This document shows, in pieces, positions 48,738-61,367 of a DNA stretch of 64,000 bases (position 1 is its first letter; each line of letters begins with the position of its first letter). Where the stretch lies: positions 2,914,001 through 2,978,000 of the forward strand of contig OZ218963.1 of assembly GCA_965112735.1 (NCBI GenBank), in the 5' to 3' direction. The translations under genes were made by a program, and so were the position numbers. The notes beneath the pieces were generated by a model that was not told the DNA's origin, searched no databases, and worked only from the letters and a program-made list of their open reading frames with translations. The stretch comes from Phaeosaccion multiseriatum. Lineage: Eukaryota; Protista; Ochrophyta, other classes.

Positions 48738-51700
48738 TGCACGTATGCACCCGCGCATGCCGCAGGAGAGTGGGCAAGCAAAGGGAAGAGGTCAACGGGG
48801 CAGCGAAAGAGAAGGAACGCGCTGCATCGACCACGCAAGGTTGCGAGAGCAGGGCGAGCGAGAGGCATTTAGAAGACCGCGTGTTCGAAGAGGATGTTCG
48901 CGCGACATGAAATCCTTTCCATCTGACGATGGGGAGGGCTCTCGAGCGAGCTTTGCCGAAGTGCAGCAAAGTGCAGCAAAGCAGCAGCACTCTCTGGCCA
49001 GAGTGTATCCCACTGATAAAGCGAGCGAACAAAACAGAATGGAACCCTGTGCAGCTTCCTTGTTCCATCTTCCACCCCCACCTCCTTGCGTCCCTCCCGG
49101 ACGGCGCACTCTGCCCTGTCCAGCTGTTCCTTGAGGGCCTCGCTTGCCGCCTTGATTCGGTCCATTACGGTGAGCTTGGCGTTCGCTGACTGCAGCTGAT
49201 CCACCTGCTGCTGGATGGTATCCTGCAAAAGAGAAGGGAGAGGAAGGAAGGAAGGAAGGAAGGACGGAAGGAAGGAAGGAAGGAAGGAAGGAAGGAAGGA
49301 AGGAAGGAAGGAAGGAAGGAAGGAAGGAAGGAAGGAAGGAAGGAAGGAAGGAAGGAAGGAGAAGGGCGGGGAAAGAAGGTGGAGGGAGGGCGAAGTGATG
49401 ATTGAAGGAAAGAGAAGGGCAGGGAAAGAAGATGGAGGGAGGGCGAAGTGATGATTCCGCGTCGTCAAGGAAGTTGTCCCTCCAGTCAGTGCACACAAGT
49501 TGTGAGGCAAAAGACGCGAGCCCAAAGAACGACAAGACGCAAAAAGAGGGCGCACTGGACGAGATGAAGTGTTTGCGAGCGTTGGTTCAGCCAGAGCTTT
49601 TGTAAGATCGTGTGATAGAAGGCACCGCGCTACAGTGTAGAGAGCGAGAATCTGGAGTGACTCCATCCTTCTACGCATAGCGTTTAGTGTCAGCACATGT
49701 CCCGGGGGGGCAGGTGCAAGCAAGCACGGCCAGGCAAGCAGGGCACATGGGAAGCAGGCCAGGCAAACACTTGCGACCCGTGACTCACCAGCAGCAAATT
49801 CTGTTTGGTCTTGAGGCCGTGAATCTCGCCGGCTTGGCGCTCCACCTTGTCCTTAGCGTGTTGGAGCTCGGGCACGAGCAGGCCGAGGGTGCGCACCTCG
49901 GCTTGCAGGCTCTCGAGGAGGGATGCATTGTGAGCCACTCGAGAGAGAAACTCTGAAGTGCCCTTGTCCATCAGCCTTAACAAGAAGAGGAGGGAGGGAG
50001 GCAGGGAGGGAGGGAGGGAGGGAGGGAGGGAGGGAGGGAGGGGTAGCGAGGCCGTTCGGCATCAAGCATCAGAAGCAGCAAAGGGGGAGAAAGGGTCAGC
50101 AGGCAGGGGGAGAAGTAAAATTAGCTTCCATGAGAAACTCCATACCCCATGGCCAGGGTAGGGAGGAGTCAAGGAAGGCCGTAATTGGCTCACGCACGCA
50201 CACACGCACGCACACGCGCACACACGCACACACGCACACACCTGTACCCTATCCATGCCCCCAGGGGGGCTCCTTTATTGTCCATGAGGTCCTCCACGAC
50301 TTGCTGGGGGTCCTGTTCGCCGCCCTCCGCTGCCATCCCCCGCGCAATGGCGTCGTTCACGGCACGGACGTTCCGGGGGAGACTCATGATTCCACTGCGC
50401 CGTCGACTCGCAGCCCGAGCGATAGCCTGTTTCTTCTCTAACGCGTCGCCCTCCTCCTCCTCCTCCTCCTCCTCCTCCTCCAAAGTGCCATTGCTGCTGC
50501 TGGTGGTGCTGCTGGTTCGAGCGCGTCCGTGTTTGGCTTCGGCCGGCACAGGAGGGGGCAGGTCTTGCCACGTCAGCAACGTCGTGCTGCAGTGCTCGTG
50601 GACCTGCATGGCCACCTTGGGGGAAATGAATAAGTTTGTCGTTGTTGAAGGCTGGTAGGTTGAAGAGTGCATCAGGAGCAACCCAAGTGTGCGCTTTCCC
50701 TTCTATTCAGAGACCGTGTGGCAAGCACAAGCCGCAAAACAAGCTGCCCCCCATTACGTACGTACGTACATACCTCTGCTAGAGCCCTTTTGCAGCTCGT
50801 GGCCTCGATGCCCGCGGTTCGGGCGGCGGTCTTCTCCGCAGCAAGCTTCGCCTTTGTGTCCGTCAGGCGCTCCTCCAGCCTCGCCACAGCCTTGGAACGC
50901 GAAGGGAACGGGCAGGGGCACCACCACCACCACCAGCAGCAGCAGTGAGTAACAAAGAGAGGGGGGCAAGAAGGCACGAGCAAAGAAAGAAGGGCGGAAG
51001 GAAGGCGAAGGAATGAACAGCAATGAGCAGTCAAACTGCGCCACCCCCCCGCCCTCGCCCCCGCTTTCTCTCTTTCTCTGGGAAGACGTATCCACCCGCC
51101 AAGAAGCCCGTTCTGTTCTGATATTTGACACGAAAGCGCGCGCCCTCTTACTTTTCATTCCGCAAGCGTATAGCGAATGACGAATGAATGAATGAATGAA
51201 TGAATGAATGAATGAATGAATGAATGAATGAATGAATGAATGAATGAATGAATGAATGAATGAATGATTCCATCTATGAGAATAAAGGAACGAGAGCGAA
51301 GGGATGAATGAACAGTCCAAAGGTACAGGTGCGCTTATCCCTTACCCTATTGGCGCTGAGCAGCTTGGCCTCTGTCTCTTTGAGCTCTCCGTACACGCCC
51401 TGCATGGCCTCCACTTCGCTCCGAACCTCGGCCAGGAGCTCACCGGTCACCTTAGAGAGAGGGGGGGGGGGGGGGAGAGAGAGCATAGGGCGAGCAGGGA
51501 GAAAGAGGAACGCCCATTGTGAGGTAACACTTCTCCCGGGGGGGGGGGGGGGCTCACTTCGTCTCCCTTTCACTCCCCTTCCTTTCCATGCAAAAAAGAA
51601 GGCTGACTGACCGGCACACTACAGTACTAACCTTGTTCTTTCCCTTCTCCCGCTCCACCTCCTTCCTCGACTCGGCAAGGTCTCTGATTGCATCGGAGGC

Positions 51701-53190
51701 CCGTTCTCTGTCCATCGCTGCCTTGACAAGCACCTGCTCCACCCTGGCGTCCGCCTCCTGCTCCACCACGAGCAGCTGCACCTCCAGCTGGGCTCTCGTC
51801 ATCTTGCTATACATTGACATCTTCTCGTCTTCGGTGAAACCGTCATCGTCGAAGCGAGCGTCTTCAGCGTCTTCAAAGTGCACGCTCTCGTCACTGTCGG
51901 AGGAAGGGGAGAAGCCCACCTCCTCTGCAGGGGGTGGTGCCGGTGCTGGTGATGCAGCAGCATCGGTGGCGGTAGGAGGAGAAGGAGCCGCGACAGTGGC
52001 AGCACCACTTTCCTCAGATTGCTCCTCCGCCTCCGGGGGGGCAGGTGAAGCAGCAACGTCTCTCTTCCTCTGGTCCCGCTTCGGGCGCGGCGGCCGCGAC
52101 TTGAGTGCACCCAATAGCTTCGTCTTTGCCGCAAGCACTGCCGTTGACTTCTTGTCTTCCCCTTGGCCAAACCCGCGCAGCAGCTGTGCGAGCTTCTTCT
52201 TCATGCGGCGGTTCTCGTCCTGCTCCCTCTTGAGCGCCAAGTCCGTTTCGGCAGAGTTGCGCTTCAGGTCCGCGACAGTGTCGTCGATGTCGGCGTGTGC
52301 TTGGTTGAAGGCCTGAATTTCCGCCAAGTGCTCTCCGACTAACGTCGTTTGCACTCCCTTCGTCGCCTTGCTGGGGGCTGCTACAGTGGCGGCTGTAGTA
52401 GCAGCGGTGACCACGGAAGCTCTAGTTGCACTTGTCATCTCTCTGCGCTTCACCTTCCTCGCGCCGCCCTTCTTCCTCCTGCTCTTCTCTCTGCCGCTTC
52501 CACCGCTCATAGTACCGCTACTCCACTCACCACTGCTACCCCTGCGATCACTGCTGCCGCTGCTCCTGCTGGTACTACTCCCGCTTGTGTCACTATCCTG
52601 TTGAAGGGCGGTCACCACCGCGCTCGTCCTCACGGAGGTCGAGTCCGCAGTCCCATCACCACCAACCCTATGCGCATGCTCGCTGTCGCCCTGGACATCG
52701 ACCGCTGCCGCAGCCTCCTGCTGCTCTGCCTCCTGCTGCTCTGCCTCCTGCTGCTCTGCCTCCTGCTGCTCTGCCTCCTGCTGCTCTGCCTCCTGCTGCT
52801 CTGCCTCCGACTGCTCTGTCTCTGAGGCACTGTCCTCTCGCTCCAAGCTGGAGTCATCGTCGTCCTCCGTCACTTTCCTCTCCTCTGCCCCCTGCTCCTT
52901 GAACCTCTGCCGCAGTCGGTTAATCTCCGTCTCCGCGTCGTGGAGTTGCCCGGATTGGCGACGGTTCGTCTCCTATAGAGAGCAGAGGCGAGGTGAGGAG
53001 AGGACAACAATTGGAGGGGAATCATAAGAGAGAATAGCAAGATACCGCACGCACGCACGCACGCACGTACCACAGCGAAGGACGGAGAGAACAATGGAAA
53101 GGAAGAAAGCAAGGAAGCAAGGAAGCAAGGAAGAAAGGAAGCAAGGAAAGAAAGAAAGAAAAAAGAAGAAAGCAAGGAAAGAAAGAAGGA

Positions 53191-53257
<67 letters not shown>

Positions 53258-55831
53258 GAAGGAAGGAAGGAAGGAAGGAAGAAAGAAGGAAGGAAGCAAG
53301 GAAGGAAGGAAGGAAGGAAGGAAGGAAGGAAGGAAGGAAGGAAAGAAGGAAGGAAGGAAAGCGCGTGGTGGTTCTCCTGACAGAACAAGCAAGCCCATGC
53401 TCCACTTTGCTTCGTGCCTTCACCGAAGCAGTCACTCACCCTGAGCTGCACCAGGTCCTTGAAGGAATCTTGGTGGACAAGGCCCTTCCCGTCGGACCCC
53501 AAGGCACAAGCAGGCGGCGCTTCAACGTCATCGTCCTCATCAGCTTGTGTCAGCAGACGCAGGCTCTCGCTCTTGCTGAGGCCGAGAAAGCGACTCACCT
53601 TGTCCACCTGTACCGTGCCTTCCTGTGCTTCTCTCATTAAACGAGTGTGTTCCCTCAGTGGTATAACTTCGTTCTCCTCCTCCTCCTCCTCCTCCTCCTC
53701 CGCCTCCTCTCTGTCCTCCTTCTCCTCCTTCTCCGCGCCCTCTCGCTCGTCCTTCTCCGGAATTTCTACCTCACTCTTCTCCTTCTCCCCCTTCTCCTTC
53801 TCCCCCCCCTCCTTCTCCGCCTCTTCTTCCTGTACGCCCATCGCGTCCACGCGGCTGTTCCTCCCTCTCCTTCTCGTCCCATCTTCGCCCTCCGCTTCTC
53901 CATCCTCTTCCCCACGATTGCTGCTGTTCCTGCTACTCCCATCACTACTCCTCCTTCTCCCTCCGCCCTCACTGGACGATATTCCAGATGCCATCTGCAC
54001 CCCCTCATCCACCCCAGCCGCAGTAGCAGTAGCAGTAGCAGCAGTAGTAGTAGCGTTGGGCGGTGCTGGCTCGCATTCACCTTCGCCTTCACCTTCGCCT
54101 GCGTCTTTTACCCTGCGCACCTTCACCACAAGGCACGCCTCCTCTTGCTCGTTCGCTTGCTCGTGCTGCTCGTGTCCTACCTTTGTCGCTCCCTTGCCCA
54201 CGTGCTTCTCCTGCTTCGCCTTCTTCTTCCCGGCCTGCGCCAGCACTTCGTTCTCTTGTGCCTTGCTCATCGCATTCTGGGCATTCTGGGCGTCCTGCTG
54301 GGCCAAGAGCTGCTCCTCCAACTGCGCCTCTCTGTCTGCCAGCTCCTGCAGCTCACTCGTCTTTTGGCTTAAGTCTCCCTCCAGGGTCACGACGGCATGC
54401 TGCTCCGTCACCAGTAAGTTGCGCAACAGGGTCACCTTGCTGTAGAAGGAAGGAAGGAAGGAAGGAAGGAAGGAAGGAAGGAAGGAAGGAAGGAAGGGAG
54501 GAAGGAAGGAAGGAAGGAAGGAAGGACGAAAGAAGGAAGGAAGGAAGGAAGGAAGGGAGGAAGGAAGGAAGGAAGGAAGGAAGGAAGGGATGGAAGCATC
54601 AATGATACAAGGTATATTGTAGCACACCTTTGCCACGCACCACGAGGACAGGAAGAATCACTTTAGGCCAAAGCGGAAGCATGACTTCACCCACCCATAC
54701 GACTCGACCCATCCATGTGACTCCATGTGACTCCAATATTATGGGAGAGAAATTCATCCGTACATCGGGGTACCGCAGAAGAAGTGGGGAAACAGAAAGA
54801 ATGCTTTTCGCGGGCAGAAGTCCACTCCAACCAGAGCCTTGCGGGGAAAAGTCAATGCGATGGATACATGTAGACGGGGGCCAAAACCAAGACAAGCGCC
54901 CTTTCGAGGCCTCTGGATGCGATACATCACGGCACGGAATATCACGCACGGACACGCACCGCTTGGACGCCTCCACCACAACGACATCGTCCACATGAGT
55001 CTTGCGCAGTTCTGAGGCCTCCTCCTCGAACTTCGCCACTGTCCCCCTGTACGTGTGTTCGTGCGTACGTGCGTACGTTTGTGGGTGGAGATGAGTGTGT
55101 GTGCGCATGTGTGTGCATGTATGTGCATGTCTCTCCCTCTCTCTCTCTCTCTCTGTGTGTGTATGTGTGTGCGCGCTAGGGATGAGAAAGAACCTGCCAG
55201 CAGCCAAAAGGTCACACGCGCTCCTGCTCGTCCACCCCTCCCCAGCGCGATAGGCATGTGGGAAGAGTGTTACACCAACCTCAGGGCGTCACATTCGCTC
55301 CTCAGGGCCTGCTTCTCCTTCTTGAGGGTTCGAACCTCGTCAAGGGCGGCATCTCTGCGATGCTCAGACTCCTCGAGCTGTCAAACAGTGGCAAGCAGCA
55401 AGCGAAATGAGGGAAGTGGGGAGGCCTTAAGAGGGGTCGTGAAGTCACAACGCGGTGGCCATGCTGAGCAAGTGCAGGCTACAGAATAATGTGGACGAGA
55501 GAGAGAGAGAGAGGGGGGGGGGGGGGGGAGAGAGAGGGGGGGGGAGACACTAAACAACGCTCATCCTCTTCACTTCAGGGAGCACGCCAGTCCTGTTGCC
55601 TTCTCGCTTTCCTCCCCAATTACCTTGTTTTGCCGGATTTCTGTTTCGTTTTTCGCTGTCCACAGCTCCTCTTTCAGGAAGGGCACTTCCTCGAGCCGAG
55701 ACTGAACTGAACGCAGCTTTGTTCCTGCCTTCTGAAGGTCATTTCTGAGGCCTGAGGAAGAAAAAAACAAAGAAAAGAAAAAATAGGCAACAGGAAGCAG
55801 ATGAGGAAGTAAGCAAGCACGACGACTGCGT

Positions 55832-55865
<34 letters not shown>

Positions 55866-57466
55866 TGGGGTGGGTGCACGCATACGCAAGTTTGGACGCG
55901 GCAGGTCCGCTCCAACTTGACTGTCTTGACTTACCCGCCACAACAAGTCTTCCAGAAACGTTGTTGGAGAGCTTGAGCTCCTCGACCTTAGCGCAGGGTG
56001 GAGAGAGAACAAGTAGGTATCACAGTGGGGCTGAAAGCTATTCTCAGAAAAAGCCGGAGCCCAAGAACGAATGGAAGACAGCTTCCCTCCGCCGAACCGA
56101 AGAAGGCGGGAAGTACTATTCGGCGAAGGAAGCAGGACCGACAAAGAACAAGCTCAGCAAAGCACAAGACCACCCGCCATCCACTCGTAATCGTGAAGAA
56201 GAGAAGGGTTGGCGTACCGTGTTGAGCATACTCTGCCTCTCTTCAAGCTTGAGTTGCCTCTCCTTCTCCATATCCCTTTGCAGATCTCCCTGCATCTTTT
56301 CGAGCTGAAGGTAGAGGTCGTCGAGGGGGGTGGGGGAAGTGAGTACTACAGAGTATCCTCGCTACCAAAGGTCATACGAGGCACAGGTAGTTGCTGCATC
56401 GAAGAAATGATTGCTTGACACAGTAAAAACCCTTCCCTTTTCAACGGGCCGACAATGCGTGGGGGAAGAACCAACCAATGACGATACGAGACGCGGAGTC
56501 TCCCCCAGCGTCCGCCTCTTTCTCTCTCTTCCCTTGGGCCAATCGGCCATACTCACCCTGTGTATCACAAGGGCCTTCTCCCTTAGCTCCTCCGTTAGCT
56601 TCTCCGCGCGCTGCACCAGTTTGGCCACCTTTTAGGGCGTCAAAGAAACGGTCGCTAATGTATTAGGAGACCTCGTATTCAGTCTGCCAGCCACTCAAGT
56701 CTGTTCTTCTCTCAGAGGCAGAAGACCCTCACTTCGAGACACACACACTCACCCTCTCGTCCTCCATATGCACGAGCTCGAGGGACCCTCCACACGTGCG
56801 ACAGGGCTTGATTCGCAAGTTCGCGTCATCCGGAGCGTAGAGGCGTAGAATGGGGCGAAAGTCCAGACTGGGGATACTGAAAATGGTTTGGTCATCAATG
56901 CCCGGATAGTTCTCGCCCTTGAACTTCATATTAAAGAGCTCCTCCTGGATGACGGGAGCAGCCAAGGAACGTGACAAAGGGGGTTCTTGTGGCGGTCATG
57001 ACTAATACGGGAAGTAAGCAATGGGGAGTATTGGGGGGGAGAGACCTTCCAGGGCGCAATGCCTCGAGTGTTTTAGGTACCTTGAGTTTGTTGACGTCTT
57101 TGAGGTAGGCTGTTCGGATGTGGTCAATCGTGAATGTCCTTCTCCGCACCCGCCCTCGCAGCTTTACGATTTCCTCTGCCATGGAGTAGCTCGGGTCGTC
57201 AGTAGTGGAAAACTCGTGCATTAACCGCTCTGCCCTCGTGGCGTTCGGCTTTAAGGGCTCTGCACTCATGGACACGAAGCCACCTCCAGCGGAAGACGTG
57301 ACCCCACTTAGCATCGAGGCCAACGACTCCGAGTACGATCGTGTCTCACCCCTTTGATCACTGCTTGCGCTGAGCAGGCTCACAATGCTCTGTTCGTCAT
57401 CCGGGCTCTCTCGCCCCTCGGCCCGACCCGTGTTTGGATTCACGAGCGACGTCGAGGAAGACCACA
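46739..57466 (-). CDS. Large coiled-coil, low-complexity hypothetical protein, many exons
   Basis: Chain of GT-AG-bounded E/K/Q-rich heptad exons; N-terminal globular part with CRTCGG; EAEQQ repeats at about 52714-52806. No family recognised. Confidence 0.7.
49241..49360 (+). repeat. (GGAA)n microsatellite, intronic; pyrimidine tract on the gene strand
   Basis: Read directly; similar tracts at about 53100-53360 and 54445-54590. Confidence 0.95.
51182..51266 (+). repeat. (GAAT)n microsatellite, about 21 units
   Basis: Read directly from the sequence. Confidence 0.95.
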
Positions 57467-57603
57467 TGGTGGCCTGCAACTGAGGCAAACTCTGCAGTGT
57501 AGAAGCCTCAAAAAAATTGGGGGGATTCTGAAGTCATTAAAAAACGCCAATCCGACGGCGGAAATGAGGAGGAGGAGGAGGAAGATGAATATAATGGTGC
57601 AGA

Positions 57604-57713
57604 TTAAGCATCCTCCACGGGGCCCACCCGCCATATGGGCCAGTACTTGAAAATGGCCTTCCCGATGACGTTCTCCTCGGGGAGGAAGCCCTGTGGGTGC
57701 ACAACCACACACA

Positions 57714-57755
<42 letters not shown>

Positions 57756-60160
57756 AGAACAGCTAGGCAGGCATCAACAATGTATAGCACGGGCACTGTA
57801 GCTTTGCTCGGTGCCCTTGCCCGGGGCAGCCGGCCTCTGATGAGGACAGGACCCACGCCCCACCAATAGAGCGAAGAGAACCAAGGCAATCGTTTCGACG
57901 GAGCTATAGATTAGCTCCCCTTGACAGTTGCTGTACGCCTCGCTCAGCCCTTCGTCCACCCCGTGTGTGCGAGTCTCTCCCCTCCCCCTTACCCAAATGT
58001 GGCCATCTAGTGAGTGATTTCGGTTGTCGCCCAGCACCAAGACCATGCCTTCCGGCACCCGAACATCCGCCCTGTGGATGATACGGAACAGGCAAAGGGA
58101 CAAAATGTGTATCAATGATCGCAAACGAGGGCCTGTAGCCCGTTCTTTTCAAAGTGACACAAAGAGGAAGTGCAGTGTAAGGGAAGCGCAAGTGTCGGTT
58201 CACCGTGTCACCGTTACGGGACGAATGGGGGGTGTTTAGTTTCAGCTGACATACATGTCGTATTCGGCCTTCTCTAAGGCGTACTGCTCCTCCTGTGCCT
58301 CCCCGTTGATGAACAGAGTCCCATCTTGGACCTTCCATCCGATAACATGGCATACGGAGGGTAAACGGAAGGGAAGGGGGGAGAGGGAGAGAGAGAGAGA
58401 GAAAGAGGGAGAGGGAGAAAGGCAGAGAGACGGGAGAGGTGCAGAGAGGGATGGAGGATGACGGAAAGAGAGAGGGGGGGACGGGAGGATTGTTGAGGTG
58501 GGCCAAATAGGAGCGAAGAAGCGAACGCGACAGAGGAGAGATCATATGGCGTAAGGGAGAGGGACGGAGAGAGGGCGCCAGCAGCACACACACAGATGGT
58601 GGGGGGACAAGCCAACTAAAGGACGCGCAACACGTACCCTCACCACATCCCCAGCCACTGCAACCACCCTCTTGATGAGGGCCTGAGAGGAGACAAGGAG
58701 AGCAGGGCGGGTGAGCAGAAAGGGTTGAATGCTAAAATCGTGACTCATGTCCTGCGTGAACACGATCAGCAGGTACGGGGGGATACAGGGGTCTTTTTGG
58801 TAGTTCCTTGAAAGTGAACGGACACAACACACAACGCACCACACACGCTGCATCGCATAGAGCGCACCGCTGCCCACCACGAGTAAGACTCACACACGCA
58901 CGCACACACACGCCCACACACGCACACACACGCATGCCGCGCTTGGCTTCGAAACGATTCCTTTGTTCAGCCCTCCTCACCCACCTCGCCCTTTTGTCTA
59001 CTTGAGAAGTCATAAAAGGCGTCTGGTGGACTGAACACCACCACATCGCGACGGTGGAAGTGCTGATAGCGCTTGGTGACCTTCTCCACGGCTAGCTGGT
59101 CCCCAACCTCAAAGGTGGGGTACATGGACAGAGAGGGGATGAACCGGGGCTCGCATATGAAGGTTCGAAACAGCAGAGCGACCACCTGGCACGGGGGGGG
59201 GTGGTCGGGAAGATGGTTGGTGCTACATAAATCACATGCTTTGGGGGCCTGTGCAGGCGATAAAAAGATGGAATGAGGATGACCCACAGTGTATCCACAG
59301 CGTACCCACCGCGTACCAGCATGGCGCGTCAGTAGCCAGGCCGCCCCTCGCTCGCCCCACCTCACTCCTCATGCATACACAGCAAGTGTGCAGGGAGAGG
59401 CACTAGCTTGGTCCAAATGCCTCATGTACTCACCAAGCTAGTGCCGTAGAGTTTCAAGTCATCCACAGCGTCATTCGACAGCCAGTTCGAAAGGCGCTGT
59501 CCTAACCCGCCCTGCTCCACGTCCTCCTCTACATCGCCGTCTTCCTCTGTTCGCTCAAGCTTTGCAGTAAGGTCTCTCGGGATGCCTGGGGGGGGTCCTC
59601 CTCCTCCCACTCCTCCTCCTCCGTCTTCGTCGCTGTCTCTATACAACAGCCAGAGCGATAGATGGTGTCCGAGCCACAGGACAGAGAAAGACAGTGGGAG
59701 GGAAGGAGAGGGGAATGAGGGGAGGGGAGGGGAGGAGGGGAAGGGGAAGGGAGGACACAGTGCGGCAAAGCGGAGGGTTAGTAAAGGGACACGAACATAG
59801 GAGAGAGAGGGCACAGGGCAGCATCAAGCCGACCGGGTGGCGAGCGAGGGGGGGGCTGGCTGCCCACACAGTGGGGTGGTAGTCGTGAGGACTGGCGTCT
59901 GTCCTTTGCGTTCACCCCTTCCCCATGGTGCGTGAAAAGCAGGTGAGGTGAGGCGAGGGAGCACACCTGATGGCGAAGGTCCTTCCAACCTTACTCGAGC
60001 CTAAGGTTCCCCGTCCCCGATGATGTGGCTGGCTGCTTCTCCCCGTTGGCCGTGCTTTCAAGCCCAATGCAGGAGGGACGAAAGCTTGCGATCCATGAGA
60101 GAGGAAGATGAAGCATATGCAGCAGCAGCCGCAGAGGAAAGTGAGGTTCACGCGTCTATT
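57604..60160 (-). CDS. Plastid/thylakoid type I signal peptidase (S26, LepB/TPP/Plsp1-like), multi-exon
   Basis: EPRFIPSLSMYPTF.VGD, LIKRVVA.AGD, VLGDNRNHSLDGHIWGFLP.ENVIGKA.F.YWP; leader ..FIFLSHGSQA-FVP. Confidence 0.93.
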
Positions 60161-60371
60161 CATACTCTGTGGTATGCTCCTGCTGCTGGTGGTATGGAGA
60201 AGGGTCGAACAAAGCCCATTGGGCGGGGGACGGCCGGGAGGGGGAAAAAACAAGGTTTGATTGTTAAAGGCCGGATTTTCCTGAGCTCGCACATCTCGCA
60301 CGTGAAGCTCGCACAAAGCAGAAACTGCGGGAGAGATGGGAGACTCACGCAGAGTCACATGGGATCCTGGC

Positions 60372-61331
60372 ATGGCGGCTCAGGGTAAAAAGTTAGTGCG
60401 GGAAGGAAGCAGGAACAAGAAGATCGGCCATATACAGTTCGGCCTCCTTGCCGCGGATGAGGTCCAGCGGATGTCCGAGTTCCAGGTACGGGAGACGGAC
60501 GGGACTGACTGCGAATATGATACATATAATACTGCCGCTGGTTCTACTGCTGCTACTGCTTGATTTGATTCGTCTCCCTTTGCGTGGGTCCTTTTAAAGA
60601 TGCTCCCTTCCCCCTTGAGGGGACTCTCTCTACCCTTCCCTACAGCCAACGCTTCTCTCTCTCTACCTCTCCCCATCTCTTCCCTTGCCCTACTGCTGCA
60701 CGCAGGTGTGCAGTCGAGAGCTCTTCCGCATGCCCCAACGCACCCCCGCCCCTCACGGATGCCTCGACCCCCGCCTGGGAGTGTCCGACAAGCAGAGCGT
60801 GTGCGCCACGTGCAGGAGGAAGCTCGTGGACTGTGCGGGGCACTACGGATACATTGGACTGGTGAGCCGAGCAAGGAGGGGCGGGTGGGGAGGTTGGGGT
60901 AAAACCCCCTTGCACTATCCCTCCTCCACCTTCCACACATAAGAAACATGTCAATCAATAGCCGAGCTCGCCCTAAATCTGTGGTCGTGGAATCCGCATC
61001 CGCCTCGCCTCCGCCGCCGCCCGCTCCCCCCGCAGGAGCTGCCTGTGTTTCACATCGGCTACTTCAAGCACATCCTCACTATCTGTCAGTGCACCTGCAA
61101 GGTCTGCTCCAGCGTGCTTCTGCCGCAATCTCTCAAGCTCAGCTTCCTTCGGCGGCTCCGGAGCACGCGGGCGGATGCACTAGCAAAGGGCGCAATTTAC
61201 AAGAAGGTGGTAGAGAAGTGCAAGAAGGTACGAGAAAGGAAGAAAGAACGAAAGAGAGAGACAGCACTCTCACTCACTGCTGAGGAGAGTCGTTGCTCCG
61301 AGGACGTGCCTGCTTCGTCCCCTACGCGTCC

Positions 61332-61367
<36 letters not shown>

